A stretch of DNA of 64,000 bases, taken from Candidatus Multivorans sp. (GTDB lineage: Bacteria; Acidobacteriota; Thermoanaerobaculia; Multivoradales; Multivoraceae). The notes beneath the pieces were generated by a model. That model saw nothing but the letters and a program-made list of their open reading frames with translations. It ran no database searches and was not told the DNA's origin. Position numbers and translations under genes: made by a program. The stretch's first letter is position 1. The number at the start of each line of letters is the position of its first letter. Below are positions 20,102 through 31,525 of this stretch, in pieces. The stretch is from positions 1,152,001-1,216,000 of the forward strand of contig OZ251997.1 in the NCBI GenBank assembly GCA_965247095.1, written 5' to 3'.

Positions 20102-21396
20102 TCTTCGCGACCCTGGACGGGGCGCACGCCGATCAACGCGTAGTCGCGATGGCCGTACAGAAGGTCGTCGAGTTCGTCGCGGAGACGGTTGAGGCGGTCC
20201 GCCAGTTCCCGGGTCTGGCCGTCCAACCCATCGAGCGAGATTTCCGGCAGGCGCTCCTCTTCGGGGTAGGGCCGCAGGTCGAGCCGTTCGATGCCGGCAA
20301 ACCCGGCGCTCTCGTAGCTGGCGCGCAGCGTCTCCGGGTGAACCGGACGCACGTGGGTCGGGTCGAGCCAGAAGCTGCGCGCGGTCACGGAAACCGAAAG
20401 CGGATTCGGCGTCTCGAGCAGAAGAAGTCCCCCGGGGCGCAGAGCCGCGAAGGCGAGCCCCACCAAGCGGTCGACCGCGTCCGGAGGCAAGTGCTCGATC
20501 ACGTGGAAGGACACGATTCCGCCCAACGATCCGGGCTCGACGCCGGCCAGGGTCTCCAGCAGATCGCCCTGCTCGACCCGAAGGCCCCGCTGGGAACAGC
20601 GGCGCACCATGGCAGCGGAGGAATCGATGCCGCGACAACAGACTCCCTCCTCCTGCAGGAGTGCCAGCGCCTCGCCGCGGCCGCAGCCAAGGTCCAGAAC
20701 CGGCGCCGCCTCGCGGAGCCGCGGCAGGTAGGCCTGAATGCGCTGCCGGATCTCTTCCTCGCCGCCGCGAAACCGGTGCTCGAACGCCAAGTAGGAGGCG
20801 TCGGCCACGCTCGACCGAAGCGTCTGAGCCGTCTCGCCGCTACTGGCCAGAGCCGACCTCAGGAGCCCTGCGAGCTCATCCGCTTCTCGCCGGTATCGGT
20901 CCAGTTTCCGGTCGACGCGACCGAAAAGGGCATCGTCGTGACGCATCACCTCGGCCAGCCCCTTGCGCAAGAAGTTCTCCAGGTGACTGGCCCGCCGATC
21001 CAGTTCCCCGAGCCGCTGCTCGAAGATCCGGTCGACCTCCTCCTGGTGCTGCCGCCACTCCCGAAGCCGCTGGACGTGGCCCAGCAGGATGAGGTTGAAG
21101 ACCCGCTGGCGCTCCCAGAGATCCCTTTGGGGCAGGTGGACGAAGGGACGCAGCAGCCGCTTGAGAACCACCAGAAACCGCCCGGCAAGGCCGCGGTGAC
21201 TGCGAATGGGGAACGGAATGTCCCGATCCCAGAGGTGGCGCCAATCCTCGAGACGATGGGTCGGCCGATCCCCAAGGAAGTCTTCGACTTCCGGGGTGCG
21301 GAGGAAGTCTTCGACTTCCGGGGGTCCGTTGTCGCCGCCCACCGTTTCACCGTCCCTGCTGACGGTCTGCTCGGACTCTCCGTCGGGCACGCCCAC
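20023..21396 (-). CDS. Class I SAM methyltransferase with N-terminal coiled coil (WbdD/WsaE-like glycan-capping type)
   Basis: YLAFEHRFRG, VLDLGCGRGE, FHVIEHL, ETPNP, FWLDPTHVRP. Confidence 0.85.
   Translation of the reverse strand: MGVPDGESEQTVSRDGETVGGDNGPPEVEDFLRTPEVEDFLGDRPTHRLEDWRHLWDRDIPFPIRSHRGLAGRFLVVLKRLLRPFVHLPQRDLWERQRVFNLILLGHVQRLREWRQHQEEVDRIFEQRLGELDRRASHLENFLRKGLAEVMRHDDALFGRVDRKLDRYRREADELAGLLRSALASSGETAQTLRSSVADASYLAFEHRFRGGEEEIRQRIQAYLPRLREAAPVLDLGCGRGEALALLQEEGVCCRGIDSSAAMVRRCSQRGLRVEQGDLLETLAGVEPGSLGGIVSFHVIEHLPPDAVDRLVGLAFAALRPGGLLLLETPNPLSVSVTARSFWLDPTHVRPVHPETLRASYESAGFAGIERLDLRPYPEEERLPEISLDGLDGQTRELADRLNRLRDELDDLLYGHRDYALIGVRPVQGREDQRPVPGGERTRSSTATPRCITANTL
21275..21323. 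repeat. Two 22-nt direct repeats (period 27), each containing palindrome GGAAGTC-TTC-GACTTCC
   Basis: AGGAAGTCTTCGACTTCCGGGG at 21275 and 21302; encodes PEVEDFL twice. Confidence 0.9.
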
Positions 21397-21410
21397 TTCG
21401 CTGGAGACCC

Positions 21411-21857
21411 TTAGGTCTCAGGCACGACCTCGACTGCGACTTCGGCAATCACTTCCGTGTGGAGGTCGACCCGCACGACATGATCACCCAACTCTTTGAT
21501 GCCGCCTGACAGGTCGACCATGCGGCGATGGACCTGGACGCCCTTGGCTGCGAGCGCCTCGACCACTTCCGTCGGCGTCACGGAGCCGTAGAGAGTTCCC
21601 GACTCGCTGGCCCGCTTGGCGATCTTGAGCTTCAGGGCCGCAAGTTCGGCCGCGAGCCCGGCGGCAGCCGAGCGCTCCTCCGCGTGCCGGGCGTCGAACT
21701 TCGTCCGTTGCGACTCGAACCAGTGCCGGTTCGCCACCGTGGACGGCGCCGCAAACTCCTTTGGATACAGGTAGTTCCGTGCGTAGCCGGGCTTGACGTC
21801 GACGACCTCGCCGCGCCCACCGAGCGCCCTCATGTCCTGAAGCAGGATGACTTCCAT
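21411..21857 (-). CDS. rplI: 50S ribosomal protein L9
   Basis: MEVILLQD...VKPGYARNYL, LYGSVT. Confidence 0.97.
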   Translation of the reverse strand: MEVILLQDMRALGGRGEVVDVKPGYARNYLYPKEFAAPSTVANRHWFESQRTKFDARHAEERSAAAGLAAELAALKLKIAKRASESGTLYGSVTPTEVVEALAAKGVQVHRRMVDLSGGIKELGDHVVRVDLHTEVIAEVAVEVVPET

Positions 21858-21873
21858 CTTTCGTTTCTGCCGT

Positions 21874-22104
21874 TCAGTCAGTGGTGTACGGAATCAGGGC
21901 CAGGAAGCGCGCCCGCCGGATGGCGCGGGCGAGCATTCTCTGGTGGCGGGCCGAGTTGCCCGAGATCCTGCGAGGGAGGACCTTCGCCCTCTCCGGCACG
22001 AAGGGCCGCAGGGTCGCGACATCCTTGTAGTCGATGTACTCGATCCCGTCAGCGGTGAACTTGCACACCTTGCGGCGGCGCAAGAAGGTCTTGCGTTTCG
22101 GCAT
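21874..22104 (-). CDS. rpsR: 30S ribosomal protein S18
   Basis: [33 protein letters not shown]. Confidence 0.97.
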   Translation of the reverse strand: MPKRKTFLRRRKVCKFTADGIEYIDYKDVATLRPFVPERAKVLPRRISGNSARHQRMLARAIRRARFLALIPYTTD

Positions 22105-22180
22105 TTCTCTCGATTCCCCTTGTATGAAACAAGCCCTGTTTCCTGTGCGTCAGCGCGGCGCGGACGCCGCGACTCGACTC

Positions 22181-22549
22181 CTAGCTGGCAGTCTCGGCGA
22201 GGACCGTCGACTGGACCGGCACCTTACCCTTGCTTGCCGCGCGCTTCAGATCAAGGTCCGTCCGCACCACCAGGTGGCGCAGGATTCGCTCGTTCTGGAG
22301 CATCCGCTGCCCGACCTCGGCAAGGCCGTGGTCGCCTCCGTCCGACTCCAGGTAGTAGATGTGGTACCGCCCCTCGGTGAACTTCCGGATCGGATAGGCG
22401 AGCCGGCGCTTACCCCAGGATTCTTCCTGGGTGATTCGGGTTTTGCCGTCCGCCACAAGCATCTCGGCGAAACCGTCGGTCAACTGCACCGCCTCCTCAT
22501 CCGAGAGGCGCGGGTCCGCAATAAAGACCAGTTCGTATGTCCGTGTCAA
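22181..22549 (-). CDS. rpsF: 30S ribosomal protein S6
   Basis: [29 protein letters not shown]; TTG start with GAGGA RBS. Confidence 0.96.
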   Translation of the reverse strand: MTRTYELVFIADPRLSDEEAVQLTDGFAEMLVADGKTRITQEESWGKRRLAYPIRKFTEGRYHIYYLESDGGDHGLAEVGQRMLQNERILRHLVVRTDLDLKRAASKGKVPVQSTVLAETAS

Positions 22550-22679
22550 TCGTTCATCCTCGGTGCGGCGGTCGCGGTGGATCGAAGACGGAGGGCGAGG
22601 TTTGTCCGCGAGCGCATGGTGATGTTCGTCGGCTCCCAAGCCGTAACGAATCGGCGGCGGAATCTATCACGGCAGTCCG

Positions 22680-24752
<2,073 letters not shown>

Positions 24753-24768
24753 TATCCGTTTCCCCTCA

Positions 24769-24851
24769 ATCCCTAGTGAAAGTTCATCCCTAGTGCAAGT
24801 TCATCACTTGTACTCGTTATCACTTGCACTCGCTATCCGTTGTACTCGTTC
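24769..24851. repeat. Five degenerate 16-17 nt tandem repeats between pth and hppA
   Basis: ATCCCTAGTGAAAGTTC, ATCCCTAGTGCAAGTTC, ATCACTTGTACTCGTT, ATCACTTGCACTCGCT, ATCCGTTGTACTCGTTC. Confidence 0.8.
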
Positions 24852-25432
24852 ATGGTGATGTCGACGCCGCGGTCGACCCAGCTCAGGACGCAGTCGGCGG
24901 CGCGGCACACCATGCGCTTTGCCGTTTCGGCTTCCCCGCCGGCGAAAGGAGCGAGCACGAAGTCCGTGAGTTCCGCTTCCATCCCGGTCGACCTCCCCTC
25001 CTCTTGTTCCGCCTCGTCCTCCCCGATGCCCAACCTCAGCCGCGGCACCGCCGTGGTGCGCAGGTTCTCGATGATCGATTCCATTCCACGGTGGCCGCCC
25101 GGACTGCCCCTGCCGCGAAGGCGCAGCCTTCCCAGGGGCAGATGGACTTCGTCGTAGACGACCAGGATGTTTTCCGGAGCATAGCCATTCCGTTCACTGA
25201 GGCAGCGCGCGCTGTAACCGCTTCGGTTCATGTAGATCTGCGGAGTCGCCAGGTCGACCGGGCCGGCGGCGGTCCAGAGCGCGCCGCAGACCTCCAGGCC
25301 TAGACGGACGTCCAGTCGCCGTGCCAGTTCCTCGACAACGCGAAAGCCGAGGTTGTGTCGGGTGTCGGCGTAGCGCTCTCCCGGATTACCGAGGCCGAGG
25401 ACGAGTCGCGTGCTCTCGCTATTCGTCCCCAT
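24833..25432 (-). CDS. pth: Peptidyl-tRNA hydrolase
   Basis: LVLGLGNPGERYADTRHNLGF, YMNRSG, GGHRG, RLRLGIG. Confidence 0.96.
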   Translation of the reverse strand: MGTNSESTRLVLGLGNPGERYADTRHNLGFRVVEELARRLDVRLGLEVCGALWTAAGPVDLATPQIYMNRSGYSARCLSERNGYAPENILVVYDEVHLPLGRLRLRGRGSPGGHRGMESIIENLRTTAVPRLRLGIGEDEAEQEEGRSTGMEAELTDFVLAPFAGGEAETAKRMVCRAADCVLSWVDRGVDITMNEYNG

Positions 25433-26087
25433 CCTCCGATTCGGCCTTCCCACCCACCATCTCGGGCTCGTCGGTGAAGGCTTCGAGCAGTTCGTCCTCG
25501 TCGGATACCTCTTCGTCCTCCTCCGCGATTCTCGGGGCGGCAACCGACACGATGACGCGTTTGTCGTCCTCGTCGAGCCGCACTGCGTCGGGGAGCACGA
25601 GCTCGCCGGCCTCCACATGCTGGCCAATGTGCAGCGCCGAAATATCGAGTTCGATCGAAGACGGAATGTCGCCGGCCAGGCAGGTGACCGCGATCTCGCG
25701 GGTGATGAACTCCACCAGGCCGCCCTCGGTCTTGACCCCTTCGGGGCTTCCGGTCAGCGCGACCGGCACCGCGACCTGGACTTCCTGGTCCATCTTCACG
25801 CGCTGAAAGTCGATGTGGACCAGCGCACCGGTCAAGGGGTTCCACTGCAGGTCGCGGATCATCGAGTGGCGCGTGCGTTCGGTACCCTCCAGTTGGAGCA
25901 GGAAGACGGCATTCTCTCCGCCTTCCCGGATCAGACGCAGCACGCTCTTGCCGTCGACCCGGATGGCGGCCGAATCGGCTTCGCCGCCGTAGACCACGGC
26001 CGGGATCTCACCCGACGCCCGCAGACGGCGGTTTGCGTTCTTTCCGGTCTGCTCACGCGGCCGGACCGTGACTGTGGGTTCGCTCAC
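25419..26087 (-). CDS. rplY: 50S ribosomal protein L25/Ctc
   Basis: GKNANRRLR, IPAVVYGG, HIDFQRV, acidic tail. Confidence 0.96.
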   Translation of the reverse strand: MSEPTVTVRPREQTGKNANRRLRASGEIPAVVYGGEADSAAIRVDGKSVLRLIREGGENAVFLLQLEGTERTRHSMIRDLQWNPLTGALVHIDFQRVKMDQEVQVAVPVALTGSPEGVKTEGGLVEFITREIAVTCLAGDIPSSIELDISALHIGQHVEAGELVLPDAVRLDEDDKRVIVSVAAPRIAEEDEEVSDEDELLEAFTDEPEMVGGKAESEDGDE

Positions 26088-26114
26088 TTCGAGCTCCTTG
26101 TCGTGACGAACAGC

Positions 26115-27056
26115 TCAGACGAAGAGGGACGTCACGGAACTGTTGTCGTGGATTCTGCGGATCGCCTCGCCGAGCAGGGCCGCGACGCTGTGGGGACGCA
26201 GCCGTGTGCTCCGGGCGAGCTTGTCCTCGAGCGGCGTGGTGTTGGTCACCAGGACGCCCTCGAGTTTCGAGTTTTCGATTCGTTCGATCGCGGAGGCCGA
26301 GAGAACACCGTGTATCCCGGCGGCGAAGATCCTCCGCGCTCCCTGGGCAGCCAGCGACTCGACCGAATTCAGCAGCGTGCCGCCGGTGTCGATGATGTCG
26401 TCGAGGATCAGAAGGTCCCGTCCCTTCACGTCGCCGATCACGTTCATCACCTGGGCCTTGTTCGCGGCCACCCGGCGCTTGTCGATGATGGCAAGCTCCG
26501 TATGCAGGCGCTTGGCGATCGCTCGCGCCCTCGCCACGCCTCCGGCGTCCGGGGCCACGATCATCAGATCGTCGATGCCGAGCGCCCTGATCGCGTCCAG
26601 AAGAACCGGCGCTGCGAACAGGTGGTCGACGGGGATGTCGAAGAAACCCGAGATCTGGGGCGCATGAACATCCATCGTCAGCAGCCGGTCGGCGCCGGCA
26701 GCCGTGATGACGTCCGCCACCAGCTTGGCGGTGATCGGTACCCGCGGTTTGTCCTTCTTGTCCTGGCGGGCGTACCCGTAGTACGGAATGACGGCTGTTA
26801 CACGCGCCGCCGAGGCCCTCTTGACCGCGTCCAGCATGATGAGCAACTCGACGAGGTTGTCGTTGACCGGAGGGCAGGTCGGCTGCACGATGAACACGTC
26901 GGTACCGCGAACGTTCTCCTGGATCTGGCAGAAGAGCTCGCCGTCGGCGAAGTTGTAGGCCGTGACCTGGCCCGGCACCATGCCCAGATAGCTGCAGATC
27001 TCGTTCGTCAGCGCCGGGTGCGCCCGGCCCCCGAAGATCTTCAGCTCCGTGTACAT
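26115..27056 (-). CDS. prs: Ribose-phosphate pyrophosphokinase
   Basis: FADGE, PYYGYARQDKK, APDAGGVARA, DDIIDTGGT. Confidence 0.97.
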   Translation of the reverse strand: MYTELKIFGGRAHPALTNEICSYLGMVPGQVTAYNFADGELFCQIQENVRGTDVFIVQPTCPPVNDNLVELLIMLDAVKRASAARVTAVIPYYGYARQDKKDKPRVPITAKLVADVITAAGADRLLTMDVHAPQISGFFDIPVDHLFAAPVLLDAIRALGIDDLMIVAPDAGGVARARAIAKRLHTELAIIDKRRVAANKAQVMNVIGDVKGRDLLILDDIIDTGGTLLNSVESLAAQGARRIFAAGIHGVLSASAIERIENSKLEGVLVTNTTPLEDKLARSTRLRPHSVAALLGEAIRRIHDNSSVTSLFV

Positions 27057-27117
27057 GGCCCGCTCGACGTTGTTGGCGTGGACGGTCATGAGGGAGAGTA
27101 AGGCCGGTGCATCCCCG

Positions 27118-27192
27118 TGGTTGGGGCGGGAGGATTCGAACCCCCGATAGCGAGATCCAAAGTCTCGTGCCTTACCACTTGGCGACGCCCCA
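27118..27192 (-). tRNA. tRNA-Gln (UUG)
   Basis: TGGGGCGTCGCCAAGTGGTAAGGC...CGAGA-CTTTGGA-TCTCG...GGTTCGAATCC...CCCCAACCA; canonical position between ispE and prs. Confidence 0.97.
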
Positions 27193-27260
27193 GACGGGCC
27201 GGCGGATTGTACATGAAGCGACGGCAAAGGGACGCTCGAAGGCAAACCGCGGCAATGTCG

Positions 27261-28154
27261 TCAGGGATTCGATGCCGCACCGCGGTTCCCAGGCAGGGTC
27301 GAGGTTCGGAACAGGCGCACGTCAAGGCCCGCCACCGCGCGCTCGGCGCCCTTCCAGCTCCCTATCCCGAACACCGCGCCGCCACTGCCGGAAACCTGGG
27401 GACCCCGGTCCGACTCGTCGAGCGAAGCGTCGCGGAGGGCGAGGAGCAACCGGTCCACCTCCGGATGGCGCCGCCGGACAACCGCTTCCAGGTCGTTGCC
27501 CCGGAGCCACAGGGCGGCCTCGCTTCGCGCCGTCGGCGGCGGCAGCAGTTCCTCTTCCCGGAGCCCTGTCGCTGACGCCGGGGTCCGGCGCCAGCGCCGG
27601 TACACCTCAGCGGTGGACACCTCCACCGCCGGCGCAGCGACGACCACCGGCGCCGCCTCAACATCCTGCAGAGCCTGCAGCTTCTCACCCCGGCCGGTCG
27701 CCAGCACCGTCCCGCCGACCAGGAAGAAGGGCACGTCCGAACCGACCGCGGCGGCCGCGGCGCGGAGACCCTGAGGGCTGAGCGGTTCGCCCCAAAGTTC
27801 CTGCAGGGCGGCCAGGGTCCCCGCCGCGTCGCTGCTGCCGCCACCCAGGCCGCTGCCGGCCGGAATGCTCTTCCTCAGTTCGAACCGGACACCCCGCGCT
27901 GGCTCGCCGACGGCCTCGAAGAACGCTCGTGCCGCCGCCAGCACGAGGTTCGAGTCATCGGTCGGCGCCCCGCCCCCGGGCACTTCGAGGCTCACGGGCT
28001 CAGTCGGGTCGATCCGGCGCACCGTCAGCCGGTCGCAGAGATCGACCGTCTGCAGCACGGTCGAAATCGCGTGGTAGCCGTCGCGGCGCCGGCGATGAAC
28101 CCGCAGACTCAGGTTGACCTTGGCGGGACACGCCAGGCTGACCTCCGTTTTCAT
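27261..28154 (-). CDS. ispE: 4-diphosphocytidyl-2-C-methyl-D-erythritol kinase
   Basis: CPAKVNLSL, KSIPAGSGLGGGSSDAA, GSDVPFF, SGSG. Confidence 0.95.
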   Translation of the reverse strand: MKTEVSLACPAKVNLSLRVHRRRRDGYHAISTVLQTVDLCDRLTVRRIDPTEPVSLEVPGGGAPTDDSNLVLAAARAFFEAVGEPARGVRFELRKSIPAGSGLGGGSSDAAGTLAALQELWGEPLSPQGLRAAAAAVGSDVPFFLVGGTVLATGRGEKLQALQDVEAAPVVVAAPAVEVSTAEVYRRWRRTPASATGLREEELLPPPTARSEAALWLRGNDLEAVVRRRHPEVDRLLLALRDASLDESDRGPQVSGSGGAVFGIGSWKGAERAVAGLDVRLFRTSTLPGNRGAASNP

Positions 28155-28918
28155 CAGGCGCTGCCGGGCTCGCAGGCGCCCGGCAGGAAACCGTCCGGTA
28201 CTTCCGGCGCCGGCAGCGCACCTCTCAGATCCCTTGCCGGCCTGTTCTGGCGCCAATGCAGCTCAAGCCCCGTCTCGGGCTCGACCATCCGCGACATGCC
28301 GCCGGCGTCGAGCCTCCACGAGGCCCTCGTCTCAGCGCCCCGGTGCAGAGTCCAACGGCGCGGGCCCCCCTTGGTCGTCACCGCCGTCCAGCGCCGGTCC
28401 CAGCGGTCCTCGAAGTCGAGTTCAACGGCGCCGGCGCCGCTGGCCGCTGCCGCCTCCACGGTTCCTGGGTCGACCGGCGGCGCCGGCAGTCGCCGCAGCA
28501 GCAGCGCGGCGACCGCACCGGCCGGGACGGGGCCCAGGGACAGGGCGGGAATCTCCAGGTCGCCGCGATACCGGCAGAAGGTCCGCTCACGCACCCACAG
28601 GACCAGGGCGCTGCCCTCCTGAACGTTGAGGTCCCACCATCGGCGCCCCAACCGGTCCGAGGCCTGCACGTGAAAACGGTCCGGCGACTCGAAACGCAAT
28701 ACCAGGCGCAGCGTTCCGTTCCCCTCCGGGCCGTCGTACTGCATCTGGACGATGCGCTGGGTACGCCACTCCGCCTCGGGAATCTCCCACGGCAAGGCAG
28801 CCGTGGCGGCGCCGGGAACTCCGGCAGGCGGAAGATCGCGGGTCGAGCCGGCACTGGCGCAGCTCATGAGCCAGAGCAGACTCAGCAGCAGCACCGCGGA
28901 CTGGTTCGCAGGCGTCAG
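28154..28918 (-). CDS. Putative lipoprotein in the lolB position (start uncertain)
   Basis: AVLLLSLLWLMS-C lipobox, aromatic beta-rich body; lies between the TPR gene and ispE. Confidence 0.65.
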   Translation of the reverse strand: MTPANQSAVLLLSLLWLMSCASAGSTRDLPPAGVPGAATAALPWEIPEAEWRTQRIVQMQYDGPEGNGTLRLVLRFESPDRFHVQASDRLGRRWWDLNVQEGSALVLWVRERTFCRYRGDLEIPALSLGPVPAGAVAALLLRRLPAPPVDPGTVEAAAASGAGAVELDFEDRWDRRWTAVTTKGGPRRWTLHRGAETRASWRLDAGGMSRMVEPETGLELHWRQNRPARDLRGALPAPEVPDGFLPGACEPGSA

Positions 28919-28925
28919 TGGGCGG

Positions 28926-30998
28926 CTACCGCCGAAACAGTTCGCCCAGCTTGCGGCGCACGGCTTCGACGTTCTCTTCGTCGTTGATCGCCAGTGCATG
29001 TTCGTAGGCCTCGCGGGCTCGCCGCGTGTCGCCGAGCGCAACATAGACATCGCCGAGATGCTCCAGGACGGTGGAGTCCTCCGGCGCCAACTGATTCGCC
29101 CGCTCCAGGTGGCGGCGAGCCTCTTCAAACTCACCTAGCCGGAACAGCGCCCAGCCCAGCGAATCGACGTAGGCGCCGTTGTTCGGTTCGAGAGCCACGG
29201 CTCGGCGCACGAGCTCGAGTGCTTGCTCCAGGTTCTCGCCGTTGTCCGCCCACATGTAGCCCAGGTAGTTCATCGCGGTGCTGTTCTCGGGCTGGATCTC
29301 AAGCACCGCCTGGAACTGCTCGGCCGCCTCGTCGTAGCGACGCGTGCGCTCGTACGCCTCGCCAAGCTGAAAGAACAGACCCGCGCGAAGAGTCTCCGGG
29401 TCAAGTTCCAGGTCGGTCTCGGCGCCGCTATCGACCCGGACCAGCGCCCGCTCGATCAGGGGCGCGGATTCCGCGAACCGACCGCGCGAGCGCCAGAAGT
29501 CGGCGATCCCGATCAGTTGCGCGACGTTTCCAGCCGCCGCAAACCGATCGAGAACGCGGACGGCGAGGCGCTCCTCATCGAGGTCGACGTAGATCCCGGC
29601 CTTCCTGCGGATCGCCTGCACGTCCGGTCGGCCGTCGTCCCCGCCGCGGAGCAGACGGTCGGTGGCAACCGTGTCACGCCGAAGGATGGCCATCGCACGC
29701 CGCTTCCTGCCCGACTCCGCCAGCAACTCCGCCTGACTCAGCAGGAGTTCGACCGACTCGCCGCGCCGCTCTACTTCGGCCTCCAACTCGGCGAGGGCCT
29801 GGTCCGTCTCGCCCGACTGCCGTAGCGCCTCGACCAGGAGACCGAGACCGAAGTCGGCGGTATCCCGGCCCAGCTCCGTACCCCGGTCGGCCCGATCGAC
29901 CATGCTCCGGCCGATCTGGCGGATCCGCTCCCACTCGTCCGCCGCCATCAATTGCCGCACGAGTTCTCTCAGAACCTGCGGCTCGTCGGGCTGCTCCCTG
30001 CGCAGACCTTCGAGCAGGTCGATCGCCTCCCGCCCCTGGCCCGAGGCGCCCAGGATGCGAGCCTCCAGGAAGCGGGCGCCCGGATTCCGGCGGGCGGCGC
30101 GTGGCAGCTCGCGCAGACGCCGCAGGGCCTCGGCGAGATCTTCCGTTCGCTGATCGGGCGTCCGCCCGCGGGAGATGGCGCGCCGGTAGTACTCCTCTGC
30201 CAGCGCTCCTTGAACGGGAACGCTGTCGGAGAACTCCCGGGCCAGCCCCTCCAGCATCTCGATCGCCCCGGTGTGGTTTCCCTGCCGGCTTTCCGTCCCC
30301 GCCAGTTCCAGCCGCTCTTCGACCGAAAGATCATCGAACCGCAGCATGTCGGCCTGGACCTGTCGCGCCCGATCGTCCTCGCCGGCCTCCCTCAGGGCAT
30401 TGACCAGCATGTGTTGCAGTTGACGGTTGCCGTTGTGGTAACTGACCAACTCTTCCAGAACCGCTGCCGCCTCCTTGTGCTGCCCCAGCAACCCGTGAAT
30501 CTGGGCCAGGAACAGCATGCCGTCGATGTCGCTCGGCGCCAGCCCGCGCAGGGCCTTGAGCGCTTCCAGAGCGCGATCCACCGCTGCCCTGTCCCGACCA
30601 AGGTTGGAAAGCTCCATCTGAATCCGCCCGTATCTGCGCAACACGTCGACATCATCAGGCGCATTCCGGTAGGCAACGGCCAGGTGTTCCGCCGCCTCGT
30701 CGAAGCGCCGGAGCTGACTCAGGAAGTCGGCAAGCCCGATCCTCAGAAAGGGCGCCTCCGGATCCATGGCCACGGCGCGCTCGAAGAGCTCCAATGCCTC
30801 GTCGGTCCGGCCGGGCTCACCGGCCAGCATGCGGGCGGCCGCGAACAGGAACGGGCCGCCGTCGGCGACCGGTTCGGCGGCCTCCTGGCCGACCGCGCCG
30901 GATGTCCCGAGGCAGACCAGCACAAACGTCGCCACGGCGACTCGGCGACGCCACATCCGTGGTCTCGGCGACGCCGAGTTGAGTCCTGGGGAGTCCAT
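28926..30998 (-). CDS. Exported tetratricopeptide repeat protein
   Basis: Signal peptide; C-terminal AMNYLGYMWAD...YVDSLGWALF...EHLGDVY TPRs. Confidence 0.9.
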   Translation of the reverse strand: MDSPGLNSASPRPRMWRRRVAVATFVLVCLGTSGAVGQEAAEPVADGGPFLFAAARMLAGEPGRTDEALELFERAVAMDPEAPFLRIGLADFLSQLRRFDEAAEHLAVAYRNAPDDVDVLRRYGRIQMELSNLGRDRAAVDRALEALKALRGLAPSDIDGMLFLAQIHGLLGQHKEAAAVLEELVSYHNGNRQLQHMLVNALREAGEDDRARQVQADMLRFDDLSVEERLELAGTESRQGNHTGAIEMLEGLAREFSDSVPVQGALAEEYYRRAISRGRTPDQRTEDLAEALRRLRELPRAARRNPGARFLEARILGASGQGREAIDLLEGLRREQPDEPQVLRELVRQLMAADEWERIRQIGRSMVDRADRGTELGRDTADFGLGLLVEALRQSGETDQALAELEAEVERRGESVELLLSQAELLAESGRKRRAMAILRRDTVATDRLLRGGDDGRPDVQAIRRKAGIYVDLDEERLAVRVLDRFAAAGNVAQLIGIADFWRSRGRFAESAPLIERALVRVDSGAETDLELDPETLRAGLFFQLGEAYERTRRYDEAAEQFQAVLEIQPENSTAMNYLGYMWADNGENLEQALELVRRAVALEPNNGAYVDSLGWALFRLGEFEEARRHLERANQLAPEDSTVLEHLGDVYVALGDTRRAREAYEHALAINDEENVEAVRRKLGELFRR

Positions 30999-31165
30999 GC
31001 GGCCGCCAAGGCTAGCAGCCGGGTACAAGGGCGTGTGAAGCCTTTACGGGAGGGGACCGTGCGCGCTAGAATGACGGATCCACGGCCAATCGCGCGGCGG
31101 TGCTCGGCGTTCTGCCCGCAACCCGCGCCCGCAACCCGGCCGCCGGCTCTGAGGAGGCGCTCCAT

Positions 31166-31432
31166 ATGATCAAGGCGGACATCGTGAACCGGGTCGCTGA
31201 GAACTCGGATCTTCCCCGCGTCAAGGCCGCGTCTGCGGTCGACACGATCCTCGGCGCCATGAAGGACGCCCTCGGCGACGGCAAGCGGATCGAACTCCGC
31301 GGCTTCGGCGTCTTCCAGGTCCGCAACCGCAAGCGCGGCGTGGGGCGCAATCCGAAGACCGGAGTCGAGGTGACGATCGCTCCCGGCAAGACGGTCCGCT
31401 TCAAGCCCGGCAAGGAACTCAAGAACCTCTAA
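31166..31432 (+). CDS. hup: HU/IHF family DNA-binding protein
   Basis: MIKADIVNRVA, IELRGFGVF, GRNPKTG, FKPGKELK; GAGGAGG RBS. Confidence 0.93.
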   Translation: MIKADIVNRVAENSDLPRVKAASAVDTILGAMKDALGDGKRIELRGFGVFQVRNRKRGVGRNPKTGVEVTIAPGKTVRFKPGKELKNL

Positions 31433-31525
31433 GGAGGCTGCGCCCCTCCCGCGAGCGCATCAGGTGGCGGGCGGGAACCCGGGTGGCGCGAACGCGCGTC
31501 ACCCGCGAACCAGTCCGAGCGCTCG

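Noticed and set aside
24769-24851. Possible mini-CRISPR array (also considered for 37720-37752)
   Set aside because: Units are contiguous with no spacers, too short, and no cas genes are in the window
27057-27245. N-terminal extension of prs in the ORF track
   Set aside because: Runs through tRNA-Gln
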